DNA of 64,000 nt, taken from positions 405,914,001 to 405,978,000 of the forward strand of contig OZ024740.1 in assembly GCA_964016885.1 (NCBI GenBank), in the 5' to 3' direction. Every line of letters begins with the position of its first letter. The stretch's first letter is position 1. Positions 34,901 through 49,900 of this stretch are shown one piece after another. The position numbers were made by a program, and so were the translations under genes. The notes beneath the pieces are model-generated. The model was given only the letters and a program-made list of their open reading frames with translations. It did no database searches and was not told where the DNA came from. The DNA comes from Eledone cirrhosa. Its lineage: Eukaryota.

Positions 34901-37900
34901 TGGTTTCACAATTGTGTATATGGCCTAGTAGTTATAGTGTTGGTTTCACAATTGTGTATATGGCCTAGTAGTTATAATGTTGGTTTGACAATTGTGTAAA
35001 TGGCCTCTGAGTTATAGTGTTGTTTTCACAATTGTGTATATGGCCTAGTAGTTATAATGTTGGTTTCACATTTCTGTGTATGTTCTAGTAGTTATAGTGT
35101 TGGCTTCACAAATGTGTATATGGTCTAGTAGTTATAGTGTTGGCTTCACAATTGTGTATATGGCCTAGTGGTTATAATGTTGGGTTCAGAATTGTGTGTA
35201 TATCCTAGTAGTTATAGTGTTGGCTTCACAATTGTGTATATGGCTTAGTCGCTATAGTGTTGGCATCAATATTGTGAAAGTGGCCTAGCAGTTATAGTGT
35301 TTGTTTCACAATTGTGCATATGGCCTAGTAGATATAGTGTTGGCTTCACAATTCTGTATATGGCCTAATAATTATAGTGTTGGCTTCACAATTGTGTATA
35401 TGGCCTAGTAGTTATAGTGTTGGCTGTATAATTGTGTATATGGCCTAGTAGTTATAGTGCTGGCCTCACAATTGTGTATATGGCCTAGTAGTTATAGTGT
35501 TGGCTTCACAAATGTGTATATGGCCTAGTAGTTATAGTGTTGGCTTCACAATTATGTATATGGCCTAGTAGTTATAGTGTTGGTTTCACAATTGTGTGTA
35601 TGTCCTAGTAGTAATAGTGTTGGCTTCACAAATGTGTATATGGCCAAATAGTTATAGTGTTGGTTTCACAATTGTGTATATGAACTAGTAGTTATAGTGT
35701 TAGCTTCACAAATGTGTATATGGCCTAGTAGTTATAATGTTGGTTTGACAATTGTGTAAATGGCCTCTGGGTGATAGTGTTGTTTTCACAATTGTGTATA
35801 TGGCCTAGTAGTTATAATGTTGGGTTCAGAATTGTGTGTGTGGCCTAGTAGTTATAGTGTTGCCTTCACAATTGTGTATATGGCCTAGTAGTTAGAGTGT
35901 TGGCTTCACAATTGTGTATATGGCCTAGTAGTTATAACGTTGGCTTCACAATTGTGTATATGCCTAGTAGTTATAGTGTCGGTTTCAAATAGTGTATATG
36001 GCCTAATAACTATAGTGTTGGCTTCACAATTGTGTGTATGGCCTAGTAGTTATAGGGTTGGCTTCACAATTGTGTGTATAGCCTCATGGTTATAGTGTTG
36101 GTTTCACGATTGTGTATATGGCCTAGTAGTTATAGTGTTGACTTCACAATTGTGTATATGGCCTAGTAGTTATAGTGTTGACTTCACAAATGTGTATATG
36201 GCCTAGTTGTTATAGTGTTGGCTTCACAATTGTGTATATGGCCAAATAGTTATAGTGTTGGCTTAACAATTGTGTATATGGCCTAGTAATTATAGTGTTG
36301 GCTTCACAATTGTGTATATGGCCTAGTAGTTATTGTGTTGGCTTCACAATTGTGCATATGGCCTAGTAGTTATAGTGTTGGTTTCACAATTGTGCATATG
36401 GCCTAGTAGGTATAGTGTTGGCTTCACAATTGTGTATATGTCCTAGTAGTTATAGAGTTGGTTTCACAATTGTGTATATGGCCTAATAGTTATAGTGTTG
36501 GCTTCACAATTGTGCATATGGCCTAATAGTTATAGTGTTGGCTTCACAACTGTGTATATGGCCTAGTAGTTATAGTGTTGACTTCACAATTGTGTATATG
36601 GCCTAGTAATTATAGTGTTGGCCTCACAATTGTGTATATGGCCTAGTAGTTATAGTTTTGGCTTCACAAATGTGTATATGGCCTAGTTGTTATAGTGTTG
36701 GCTTCACAATTGTGTATATGGCCTAGCAGTTATAATGTTGGTTTGACAATTTTGAAAATGGCCTCTGGGTTATAGTGTTGCTTTCACAATTGTGTATATG
36801 GCCTAGTAGTTATAATGTTGGTTTCACAATTGTGTATATGGCCTAGTATATATAGTGTTGGTTTCACAACTGTGTATATGGCCTAGTAATTATAATGTTG
36901 GCTTCACAATTGTGTATATGGCCTAATAGTTATAGTGTTGGCTTCACAAATGTGTATATGGTCTAGTAGTTATAGTGTTGGTTCACAATTGTGTATATGG
37001 CCTAGTGGTTATAATGTTGGTTTCAAAATTGTGTGTATGGCCTAATATTTATAGTGTTGGTTTCACAACTGTGTATATGGCCTAGTAATTATAATGTTGG
37101 CTTCACAATTGTGTATATGGCCTAATATTTATAGTGTTGGGTTAACAATTGTGTATATGGCCTAATAGTTATAGTGTTGGCTTCACAATTGTGCATATGC
37201 CCTAGTAGTTATAGTGTTGGCTTCACAATTGTGTATATGGCCTAGTACTTATAGTGTTGGTTTCACAATTGTGTATATGGCCTAATAGTTATAGTGTTGG
37301 CTTCACAATTGTGCATATGGCCTATTAGTTCTAGTGTTGGCTTCACAATTGTGTATATGGCCGAGTACTTATAGTGTTGGTTTCACAATTGTGTATATGG
37401 CCTAATAGTTATAGTGTGGGTTTAACAATTGTGTATATAGCCTAGCAATTATAGTGTTGGCTTCACAATTGTGTATATGGCCTAGTAGTTATAGTGTTGG
37501 TTTCACAATTGTGTATATGGCCTAATAGTTATTGTGTTGGCTTCACAATTGTGCATATGGCCTAGTAGTTATAGTGTTGGCTTCACAATTGTGTATATGG
37601 CCTAGTACTTATAGTGTTGGCTTCACAATTGTGTATATGGCCTAGTAGTTATAGAGTTGCTTTCACAATTGTGTATATGGCCTAATAGTTATAGTATTGG
37701 CTTCACAATTGTGCATATGGCCTAGTAGTCATAGTGTTGGCTTCACAATTGTGTATATGGTCTAGTAGTTATAGTGTTGACTTCACAATTGTGAATATGG
37801 CCTAGTAGTTATACTGTTGGCCTCACAATTGTGTATATGGCCTAGTAGCTATACTGTTGACTTTACAAATGTGTATATGGCCTAGTTGTTATAGTGTTGG

Positions 37901-40900
37901 CTTCACAATTGTGTATATGGCCTAGCAGTAATAATATTGGTTTGACAATTTTGTAAATGGCCTCTGGGTTATAGTATTATTTTCACAATTGTGTATATGG
38001 ACTAGTAATTATAATGTTGGCTTCACAATTGTGTATATGGCCTAATAGTTATAGTGTTGGCTTAACAATTGTGTATATGGCCTAGTAGTTATAGTGTTGG
38101 TTTCACAATTGTGTATATGGCCTAGTAGTTATAGTGTTGGTTTCACAATTGTGTATATGGCCTAATAGTTATAGTGTTGGCTTCACAATTGTGCATATGG
38201 CCTAGTAGTTATAGTGTTGGCTTTACAATTGTGTATATGGCCTAGTAGTTATAGTGTTGGCTTCACAATTGTGTATATGGCCGAGTACTTATAGTGTTGG
38301 TTTCACAATTGTGTATATGGCCTAATAGTTATAGTGTTGGCTTAACAATCGTGTATATGGCCTAGTAGTTATAGCGTTGGCTTCACAAATGTGTATATGG
38401 CCTAGTAGTTATAGTGTTGGCCTCACAATTGTGAAAGTGGCCTAGCAGTTATAGTGTTTCTTTCACACTTGTGTATATGGCCTAGTAGTTATAGTGTTGG
38501 CTTCACAATAATGTATATGGTCTAATAGTTATAGTGTTGGCTTCACAATTCTGTATATGGCCTAGTAGTTATAGTGTCGGCTTCACAATTGTGTATATGG
38601 CCTAATAGTTATCGTGTTGGCTTCACAATTGTGTATATCGCCTAGTAGTTATAGTGTTGGCTTCACAATTGTGTATATGGTCTAGTACTTATAGTGTTGG
38701 CTTCACAATTGTGTATATGGACTAGTAGTTATAGAGTTGGTTTCACAATTGTGTATATGGCGTAGTATTTATAGTGTTGGCTTCACAATTGTGTATATGG
38801 CCTAGTAGTTATAGTGTTGGTTTCACAATTGTGTACATGGCCTAATAGTTATTGTGTTGGCTTCACAATTGTGCATATGGCCTAGTAGTTATAGTGTTGG
38901 TTTCACAATTGTGCATATGGCCTAGTAGTTATAGTGTTGGCTTCACAATTGTGTATATGGCCTAGTACTTATAGTGTTGGCTTCACAATTGTGTATATGG
39001 CCTAATAGTTATGGTGTTGGCTTCACAATTGTGCATATGGCCTAGTAGTTATAGTGTTGGCTTCACAATTGTGTATATGGCCTAGTAGTTATAGTGTTGG
39101 TTTGACAATTTTGTAAATGGCCTCTGGGTTATAGTGTTGTTTTCACAATTGTGTATATGGTCTAGTACTTATAGTGTTGGCTTCACAATTGTGTATATGG
39201 CCTAGTAGTTATAGAGTTGGTTTCACAATTGCGTATATGGCCTAATAGTTATAGTGTTGGCTTCACAATTGTGCATATGGCCTAATAGTTATAGTGTTGG
39301 CTTCACAACTGTGTATATGGCCTAGTAGTTATAGTGTTGACTTCACAATTGTGTATATGGCTTATTAATTATAGTGTTGGCCTCACAATTGTGTATATGG
39401 CCTAGTAGTTATAGTGTTGGCTTCACAAATGTTTATATGGCCTAGTTATTATAGTGTTGGCTTCACAATTGTTTATATGGCCTAGCAGTTATAATGTTGG
39501 TTTGACAATTTTGTAAATGGCCTCTGGGTTATAGTGTTGTTTTCACAATTGTGTATATGGCCTAGTAGTTATAATGTTGGTTTCACTATTGTGTATATGG
39601 CCTAGTATATATAGTGTTGGTTTCACAACTGTGTATATGGCCTAGTAATTATAATGTTGGCTTCACAATTGTGTATATGGCCTAATAGTTATAGTGTTGG
39701 CTTCACAAATGTGTATATGGTCTAGTAGTTATAGTGTTGGCTTCACAATTGTGTATATGGCCTAGTGGTTATAATGTTGGTTTCAAAATTGTGTGTATGG
39801 CCTAATATTTATAGTGTTGGTTTCACAATTGTGCATATGCCCTAGTAGTTATAGTGTTGGCTTCACAATTGTGTATATGGCCTAGTACTTATAGTGTTGG
39901 TTTCACAATTGTGTATATGGCCTAATAGTTATAGTGTTGGCTTCACAATTGTGCATATGCCCTAGTAGTTATAGTGTTGGCTTCACAATTGTGTATATGG
40001 CCTAGTACTTATAGTGTTGGTTTCACAATTGTGTATATGGCCTAATAGTTATAGTGTTGGCTTCACAATTGTGCATATGGCCTAGTAGTTATAGTGTTGG
40101 CTTCACAATTGTGTATATGGCCTAGTACTTATAGTGTTGGTTTCACAATTGTGTATATGGCCTAATAGTTATAGTGTGGGTTTAACAATTGTGTATATAG
40201 CCTAGTAATTATAGTGTTGGCTTCACAATTGTGTATATGGCCTAGTAGTTATAGTGTTGGTTTTACAATTGTGTATATGGCCTAATAGTTATTGTGTTGG
40301 CTTCACAATTGTGCATATGGCCTAGTAGTTATAGTGTTGGCTTCACAATTGTGTATATGGCCTAGTACTTATAGTGTTGGCTTCACAATTGTGTATATGG
40401 CCTAGTAGTTATAGAGTTGGTTTCACAATTGTGTATATGGCCTAATAGTTATAGTATTGGCTTCACAATTGTGCATATGGCCTAGTAGTTATAGTGTTGG
40501 CTTCACAATTGTGTATATGGCCTAGTAGTTATAGTTTTGACTTCACAATTGTGAATATGGGCTAGTAATTATAGTGTTGGCCTCACAATTGTGTATATGG
40601 CCTAGTAGTTATACTGTTGACTTTACAAATGTGTATATGGCCTAGTTGTTATAGTGTTGGCTTCACAATTGTGTATATGGCCTAGCAGTTATAATATTGG
40701 TTTGACAATTTTGTAAATGGCCACTGGGATATAGTATTATTTTCACAATTGTGTATATGGCCTAGTAATTATAATGTTGGCTTCACAATTGTGTATATGG
40801 CCTAATAGTTATAGTGTTGGCTTAACAATTGTGTATATGGCCTAGTAGTTATAGTGTTGGTTTCACAATTGTGTATATGGCCTAGTAGTTATAGTGTTGG

Positions 40901-43900
40901 TTTCACAATTGTGTATATGGCCTAATAGTTATAGTGTTGGCTTCACAATTGTGCATATGGCCTAGTAGTTATAGTGTTGGCTTCACAATTGTGTATATGG
41001 CCTAGTAGTTATAGTGTTGGCTTCACAATTGTGTATATGGCCGAGTACTTATAGTGTTGGTTTCACAATTTTGTATATGGCCTAATAGTTATAGTGTTGG
41101 CTTCACAATTTTGTATATGGCCTAGTAGTTATAGCGTTGGCTTTACAAATGTGTATATGGCCTAGTAGTTAGAGTGTTGGCTTCACAATTGTGTATATGG
41201 CCTAGTAGTTATAATATTGGTTTCACAATTGTGTAAATGGCCTCTGGGTTATAGTGTTGTTTTCACAATTGTGTGTATGGCCTAATAGTTATAATGTTGG
41301 CTTCACAATTGTGTATATGGCCTAGTAGTTATAGTGTTGGCCTCACAATTGTGAAAGTGGCCTAGCAGTTATAGTGTTTCTTTCACACTTGTGTATATAG
41401 CCTAGTAGATATAGTGTTGGCTTCACAATAATGTATATGGCCTAATAGTTATAGTGTTGGCTTCACAATTCTGTATATGGCCTAGTAGTTATAGTGTCGG
41501 CTTCACAATTGTGTATATGGCCTAATAGTTATAGTGTTGGCTTCACAATTGTGTATATCGCCTAGTAGTTATAGTGTTGGCTTCACAAATGTGTATATGG
41601 TCTAGTACTTATAGTGTTGGCTTCACAATTGTGTATATGGACTAGTAGTTATAGAGTCGGTTTCACAATTGTGTATATGGCCTAATAGTTATTGTGTTGG
41701 CTTCACAATTGTGTATATGGCCTAGTAGTTATAGAGTTGGTTTCACAATTGTGTATATGGCGTAATAATAATTGTGTTGGCTTCACAATTGTCCATATGG
41801 CCTAATAGTTATAGTGTTGGCTTCACAACTGTGTATATGGCCTAGCAGTTATAGTGTTGACTTCACAATTGTGTATATGGCTTAGTAATTATAGTGTTGG
41901 CCTCACAATTGTGTATAAGGCCTAGTAGTTATAGTGTTGGCTTCACAAATGTGTATATGGCCTAGTTGTTATAGTGTTGGCTTCACAATTGTGTATATGG
42001 CCTAGCAGTTATAATGTTGGTTTGACAATTTTGTAAATGGCCTCTGGGTTATAGTGTTGTTTTCACAATTGTGTATATGGCCTAGTAGTTATAATGTTGG
42101 TTTCACAATTGTGTATATGGTCTAGTATATATAGTCTTGGTTTCACAACTGTGTATATGGCCTAGTAATTATAATGTTGGCTTCACAATTGTGTGTATGG
42201 TCTAGTAGTTATAGTGTTGGCTTCACAATTGTGTATATGGCCTAGTGGTTATAATGTTGGTTTCACAATTGTGTATATGGTCTAGTAGTTATAGTGTTGG
42301 CTTCACAATTGTGTGTATGGCCTAGTATTTATAGTGTTGGTTTCACAATTGTGTATGTGGCCTAGTAATTATAATGTTGGCTTCACAATTGTGTATATGG
42401 CCTAATAGTTATAGTGTTGGCTTAACAATTGTTTATATGGCCTAGTAGTTATAGTGTTGGTTTCACAATTGTGTATATGGCCTAATAGTTATAGTGTTGG
42501 CTTCACAATTGTGCATTTGCCCTAGTAGTAATAGTGTTGGCTTCACAATTGTGTATATGGCCTAGTACTTATAGTGTTGGTTTCACAATTGTGTATATGG
42601 CCTAATAGTTATAGTGTTGGCTTCACAATTGTGCATATGGCCTAGTAGTTATAGTGTTGGCTTCACAATTGTGTATATGGCCGAGTACTTATAGTGTTGG
42701 TTTCACAATTGTGTATATGGCCTAATAGTTATAGTGTTGGCTTAACAATTGTGTATATAGCCTAGTAATTATAGTGTTGGCTTCACAATTGTGTATATGG
42801 CCTGGTAGTTATAGTGTTGGTTTCACAATTGTGTATATGGCCTAATAGTTATTGTGTTGGCTTCACAACTGTGCATATGGCCTAGTAGTTATAGTGTTGG
42901 CTTCACAATTGTGTATATGGCCTAGTACTTATAGTGTTGGATTCACAATTGTGTATATGGTCTAGTAGTTATAGAGTTGGTTTCACAATTGTGTATATGG
43001 CCTAATAGTTATAGTGTTGGCTTCACAATTGTGCATATGGCCTAGTAGTTATAGTGTTGGCTTCACAATTGTGTATATGGCCTAGTAGTTATAGTGTTGA
43101 CTTCACAATTGTGTATATGGCCTAGTAGTTATAGTGTTGGCCTCACAATTGTGTATATGGCCTAGTAGTTATACTGTTGACTTCACAAATGTGTATATGG
43201 CCTAGTTGTTATAGTGTTGGCTTCACAATTGTGTATATGGCCTAGCAGTTATAATGTTGGTTTGACAATTTTGTAAATGGCCTCTGGGTTATAGTATTAT
43301 TTTCACAATTGTGTATATGGCCTAGTAATTATAATGTTGGCTTCACAATTGTGTATATGGCCTAATAGTTATAGTGTTGGCTTCATAATTGTGTATATGG
43401 TCTAGTAGTTATAGTGTTGGCTTCACAATTGTGTATATGGCCTAGTGGTTATAATGTAGGTTTCACAATTGTGTGTATGGCCTAGTATTTATAGTGTTGG
43501 TTTCACAAATGTGTATATGGCCTAGTAATAATAATGTTGGCTTCACAATTGTGTATATGGCCTAATAGTTATAGTGTTGGCTTAACAATTGTGTATATGG
43601 CCTAGTAGTTATAGTGTTGGTTTCACAATTGTGTATATGGCCTAGTAGTTATAGTGTTGGTTTCACAATTGTGTATATGGCCTAATAGTTATAGTGTTGG
43701 CTTCACAATTGTGCATATGGCCTAGTAGTTATAGTGTTGGCTTCACAATTGTGTATATGGCCTAGTAGTTATAGTGTTGGCTTCACAATTGTGTATATGG
43801 CCGAGTACGTATAGTGTTGGTTTCACAATTGTGTATATGGCCTAATAGTTATAGTGTTGGCTTAACAATTGTGTATATGGCCTAGTAGTTATAGCGTTGG

Positions 43901-46900
43901 CTTCACAAATGTGTATATGGCCTAGTAGTTAGAGTGTTGGCTTCACAATTGTGTATATGGCCTAGTAGTTATAATATTGGTTTCACAATTGTGTAAATGG
44001 CCTCTGGGTTATAGTGTTGTTTTCACAATTGTGTGTATGGCCTAATAGTTATAATGTTGGCTTCACAATTGTGTATATGGCCGAGTAGTTATAGTGTTGG
44101 CCTCACAAATGTGAAAGTGGCCTAGCAGTTATAGTGTTTCTTTCACACTTGTGTATATAGCCTAGCAGATATAGTGTTGGCTTCACAATAGTGTATATGG
44201 CCTAACAGTTATAGTGTTGGCTTCACAATCTGTATATGGCCTAGTAGTTATAGTGTCGGCTTCACAATTGTGTATATGGCCTAATAGTTATAGTGTTGGC
44301 TTCACAATTGTGTATATCGCCTAGTAGTTATAGTGTTGGCTTCACAATTGTGTATATGGACTAGTAGTTATAGAGTTGGTTTCACAATTGTGTATATGGC
44401 GTAGTATTTATAGTCTTGGCTTCACAATTGTGTATATGGCCTAGTAGTTATAGTGTTGGTTTCACAATTGTGTATATGGCCTAATAGTTATTGTGTTGGC
44501 TTCACAATTGTGCATATGGCCTAGTAGTTATAGTGTTGGTTTCACAATTGTGCATATGGCCTAGTAGTTATAGTGTTGGCTTCACAATTGTGTATATGGC
44601 CTAGTACTTATAGTGTTGGCTTCACAATTGTGTATATGGCCTAATAGTTATTGTGTTGGCTTCACAATTGTGCATATGGCCTAGTAGTTATAGTGTTGGC
44701 TTCACAATTGTGTATATGGACTAGTACTTATAGTGTTGGCTTCACAATTGTGTATATGGCCTAGTAGTTATAGAGTTGGTTTCACAATTGTGTATATGGC
44801 CTAATAGTTATAGTGCTGGCTTCACAATTGTGCATATGGCATAATAGTTATAGTGTTGGCTTCACAATTGTGTATATGGCCTAGTAGTTATAGTGTTGAC
44901 TTCACAATTGTGTATATGGCCTAGTAATTATAGTGTTGGCCTCACGATTGTGTATATGGCCTAGTAGTTATAGTGTTGGCTTCACAAATGTGTATATGGC
45001 CTAGTTGTTATAGTGTTGGCTTCACAATTGTGTATATGGCCTAGCAGTTATAATGTTGGTTTGACAATTTTTTAAATGGCCTCTGGGTTATAGTGTTGTT
45101 TTCACAATTGTGTATATGGCCTAGTAGTTATAATGTTGGTTTCACAATTGTTTATATGGCCTAGTATATATAGTGTTGGTTTCACAACTGTGTATATGGC
45201 CTAGTAATTATAATGTTGGCTTCACAATTGTGTATATGGCCTAATAGTTATAGTGTTGGCTTCACAAATGTGTATATGGTCTAGAAGTTATAGTGTTGGC
45301 TTCACAATTGTGTATATGGCCTAGTCGTTATAATGTTGGTTTCACAATTGTGTGTATGGCCTAGTATTTATAGTGTTGGTTTCACAATTGTGTATGTGGC
45401 CTAGTAATTATAATGTTGGCTTCACAATTGTGTATATGGCCTAATAGTTATAGTGTTGGCTTAACAATTGTTTATATGGCCTAGTAGTTATAGTGTTGGT
45501 TTCACAATTGTGTATATGGCCTAATAGTTATAGTGTTGGCGTCACAATTGTGCATTTGCCCTAGTAGTAATAGTGTTGGCTTCACAATTGTGTATATGGC
45601 CTAGTACTTATAGTGTTGGTTTCACAATTGTGTATATGGCCTAATAGTTATAGTGTTGGCTTCACAATTGTGCATATGGCCTAGTAGTTATAGTGTTGGC
45701 TTCACAATTGTGTATATGGCCGAGTACTTATAGTGTTGGTTTCACAATTGTGTATATGGCCTAATAGTTATAGTGTTGGCTTAACAATTGTGTATATAGC
45801 CTAGTAATTATAGTGTTGGCTTCACAATTGTGTATATGGCCTGGTAGTTATAGTGTTGGTTTCACAATTGTGTATATGGCCTAATAGTTATTGTGTTGGC
45901 TTCACAACTGTGCATATGGCCTAGTAGTTATAGTGTTGGCTTCACAATTGTGTATATGGCCTAGTACTTATAGTGTTGGCTTCACAATTGTGTATATGGT
46001 CTAGTAGTTATAGAGTTGGTTTCACAATTGTGTATATGGCCTAATAGTTATAGTGTTGGCTTCACAATAGTGCATATGGCCTAGTAGTTATAGTGTTGGC
46101 TTCACAATTGTGTATATGGCCTAGTAGTTATAGTGTTGACTTCACAATTGTGTATATGGCCTAGTAGTTATAGTGTTGGCCTCACAATTGTGTATATGGC
46201 CTAGTAGTTATACTGTTGACTTCACAAATGTGTATATGGCCTAGTTGTTATAGTGTTGGCTTCACAATTGTGTATATGGCCTAGCAGTTATAATGTTGGT
46301 TTGACAATTTTGTAAATGGCCTCTGGGTTATAGTATTATTTTCACAATTGTGTATATGGCCTAGTAATTATAATGTTGGCTTCACAATTGTGTATATGGC
46401 CTAATAGTTATAGTGTTGGCTTCATAATTGTGTATATGGTCTAGTAGTTATAGTGTTGGCTTCACAATTGTGTATATGGCCTAGTGGTTATAATGTAGGT
46501 TTCACAATTGTGTGTATGGCCTAGTATTTATAGTGTTGGTTTCACAAATGTGTATATGGCCTAGTAATAATAATGTTGGCTTCACAATTGTGTATATGGC
46601 CTAATAGTTATAGTGTTGGCTTAACAATTGTGTATATGGCCTAGTAGTTATAGTGTTGGTTTCACAATTGTGTATATGGCCTAGTAGTTATAGTGTTTGT
46701 TTCACAATTGTGTATATGGCCTAATAGTTATAGTGTTGGCTTCACAATTGTGCATATGGCCTAGTAGTTATAGTGTTGGCTTCACAATTGTGTATATGGC
46801 CTAGTAGTTATAGTGTTGGCTTCACAATTGTGTATATGGCCGAGTACTTATAGTGTTGGTTTCACAATTGTGTATATGGCCTAATAGTTATAGTGTTGGC

Positions 46901-49900
46901 TTAACAATTGTGTATATGGCCTAGTAGTTATAGCGTTGGCTTCACAAATGTGTATATGGCCTAGTAGTTAGAGTGTTGGCTTCATAATTGTATATATGGT
47001 CTAGTAGTTATAATATTGGTTTCACAATTGTGTAAATGGCCTCTGGGTTATAGTGTTGTTTTCACAATTGTGTGTATGGCCTAATAGTTATAATGTTGGC
47101 TTCACAATTGTGTATATGGCCTAGTAGTTATAGTGTTGGCCGCACAATTGTGAAAGTGGCCTAGCAGTTATAGTGTTTCTTTCACACTTGTGTATATAGT
47201 CTAGTAGATATAGTGTTGGCTTCACAATAGTGTATATGGCCTAATAGTTATAGTGTTGGCTTCACAATTCTGTATATGGCCTAGTAGTTATAGTGTCGGC
47301 TTCACAATTGTGTATATGGACTAATAGTTATAGTGTTGGCTTCACAATTGTGTATATCGCCTAGTAGTTATAGTGTTGGCTTCACAATTGTGTATATGGT
47401 CTAGTACTTATAGTGTTGGCTTCACAATTGTGTATATGGACTAGTAGTTAAAGAGTTGGTTTCACAATTGTGTATATGGCCTAGTATTTATAGCGTTGGC
47501 TTCACAAATGTTTATATGGCCTAGTAGTTAGTGTGTTGGCTTTACAATTGTGTATATGGCCTAGTAGATATAGTGTTGGCTTCACAAATGTGTATATGCC
47601 TAGTAGTTATAGTGTTGGCTTCACAATTGTGTGTATGGCCTCATGGTTATAGTGTTGGTTTCACAATTGTGTATATGGTGTAGTACTTATAGTGTTGCTT
47701 TCACAAATGTGTATATGGCCTAGTAATTATAATGTTGGCTTCACAATTGTGTATATGGCCTAATAGTTATAGTGTTGGCTTAACAATCGTGTATATGGCC
47801 TAGTAGTTATAGTGTTGGTTTCACAATTGTGTATATGGCCTAGTAGTTATAGCGTTGGTTTCTCTATTGTGTATATGGCCTAATAGTTATAGTGTTGGTT
47901 TCACAATTGTGCATATGGCCTAGTAGTTATGGTGTTGGCTTCACAATTGTGTATATGGCCTAGTACTCATAGTGTTGGTTTCACAATTGTGTATATGGCC
48001 TAATAGTTGTAGTGTTGGCTTCACAATTGTGTATATGGCCTAGTAGTTATAGTGTTGGTTTCACAATTGTGTATATGGCCTAATAGTTATTGTGTTGGCT
48101 TCACAATTGTGCATATGGCCTAGTAGTTATAGTGTTGGCTTCACAATTGTGTATATGGCCTAGTACTTATAGTGTTGGCTTCACAATTGTTTATATGGCC
48201 TAGTAGTTATAGTGTTGGCCTCACAATTACGTATATGGCCTAGTAGTTATAGTGTTGGCTTCACAAATGTGTGTATGTCCTAGTAGTTTGAGTGTTGGCT
48301 TCACAATTGTGTATATGGCCTAGTAGTTATAATGTTGGTTTGACAATTGTGGAAATGGCCTCTGGGTTATAGTGTTGTTTTCACAATTGTGTGTATGTCC
48401 TAGTAGTTATAGTGTTGGCTTCACAAATGTGTATATGGTCTAGTAGTTATAGTGTTGGCTTCACAATTGTGTATATGGCCTAGTAGTTAGAGAGTTGGCT
48501 TCACAATTGTGTATATGACTTAGTAGCTATAGTGTTGGCATCAATATTGTGAAAGTGGCCTAGCAGTTATAGTGTTTGTTTCACACTTGAGTATATAGCC
48601 TAGTAGATATAGTGTTGGCTTCACAATTGTGCATATGGCCTAGTAGATATAGTGTTGGCTTCACAATTCTGTATATGGCCTAATAATTATAGTGTTGGCT
48701 TCACAATTGTGTATATGGCCTAGTAGTTATAGTGTTGGCTATATAATTGTGTATATGGCCTAGTAGTTATAGTGTTGGCCTCACAATTGTGTATATGGCC
48801 TAGTAGTTATAGTGTTGGCTTCACAAATGTGTATATGGCCTAGTGGTTATAGTGTTGGCTTCACAATTATGTATATGGCCTAGTAGTTATTGTGTTGGTT
48901 TCACAATTGTGTGTATGTCCTAGTAGTTATAGTGTTGGCTTCGCAAATGTGTAAATGGCCAAATAGTTATAGTGTTGGTTTCACAATTGTGTATATGGCC
49001 TAGTAGTTATAGTGTTGGTTTCACAATAGTGTATATGGCCTAGTAATTATAATGTTGGCTTCACAATTGTGTATATGGCCTAGTAGTTAGAGTGTTGGCT
49101 TTACAATTGTGTATATGGCCTAGTAGTTATAGTGTTGGTTTCAAATAGTGTATATGGCCTAATAACTATAGTGTGGGCTTCACAATTGTGTGTATGGCCT
49201 AGTAGTTATAGGCTTGGCTTCACAATTGTGTGTATGGCCTAGTAGTTATAGTGTTGACTTCAAAAATGTGTATATGGCCTAGTTGTTATAGTGTTGTCTT
49301 CACAATTGTGTATATGGCCGAGCAGTTATAATGTTGGTTTGACAATTTTGTAAATGGCCTCTGGGTTATAGTGTTGTTTTCACAATTGTGTATATGGCCT
49401 AGTAGTTATAATGTAGGTTTCACAATTGTGTATATGGCCTAGTATATATAGTGTTGGTTTCACAACTGTTTATATGGCCTAGTAATTATAATGTTGGCTT
49501 CACAATTGTGTGTATGGCCTAATAGTTATAGTGTTGGCTTAACAATTGTGTATATGGCCTAGTAGTTATAGTGTTGGTTACACAATAGTGTATATGGGCT
49601 AGTAGTTATAGTGTTGGCTTCACAATTGTGTATATGGCTTAGTAGTTATAGCGTTGGCTTCACAATTGTGTATATGCCTAGTAGTTTTAGTGTTGGTTTC
49701 AAATAGTGTATATGGCCTAATAACTATAGTGTTGGCTTCACAATTGTGTATATGGCCTAGTAGTTATAGGGTTGGCTTCACAATTGTGTATATGGCCTAG
49801 TAGTTATAATGTTGGTTTGACAATTGTGTAAATGGCCTCTGGGTTATAGTGTTGTTTTCACAACTGTGTATATGGCCTAGTAGTTATAATGTTGGTTTCA

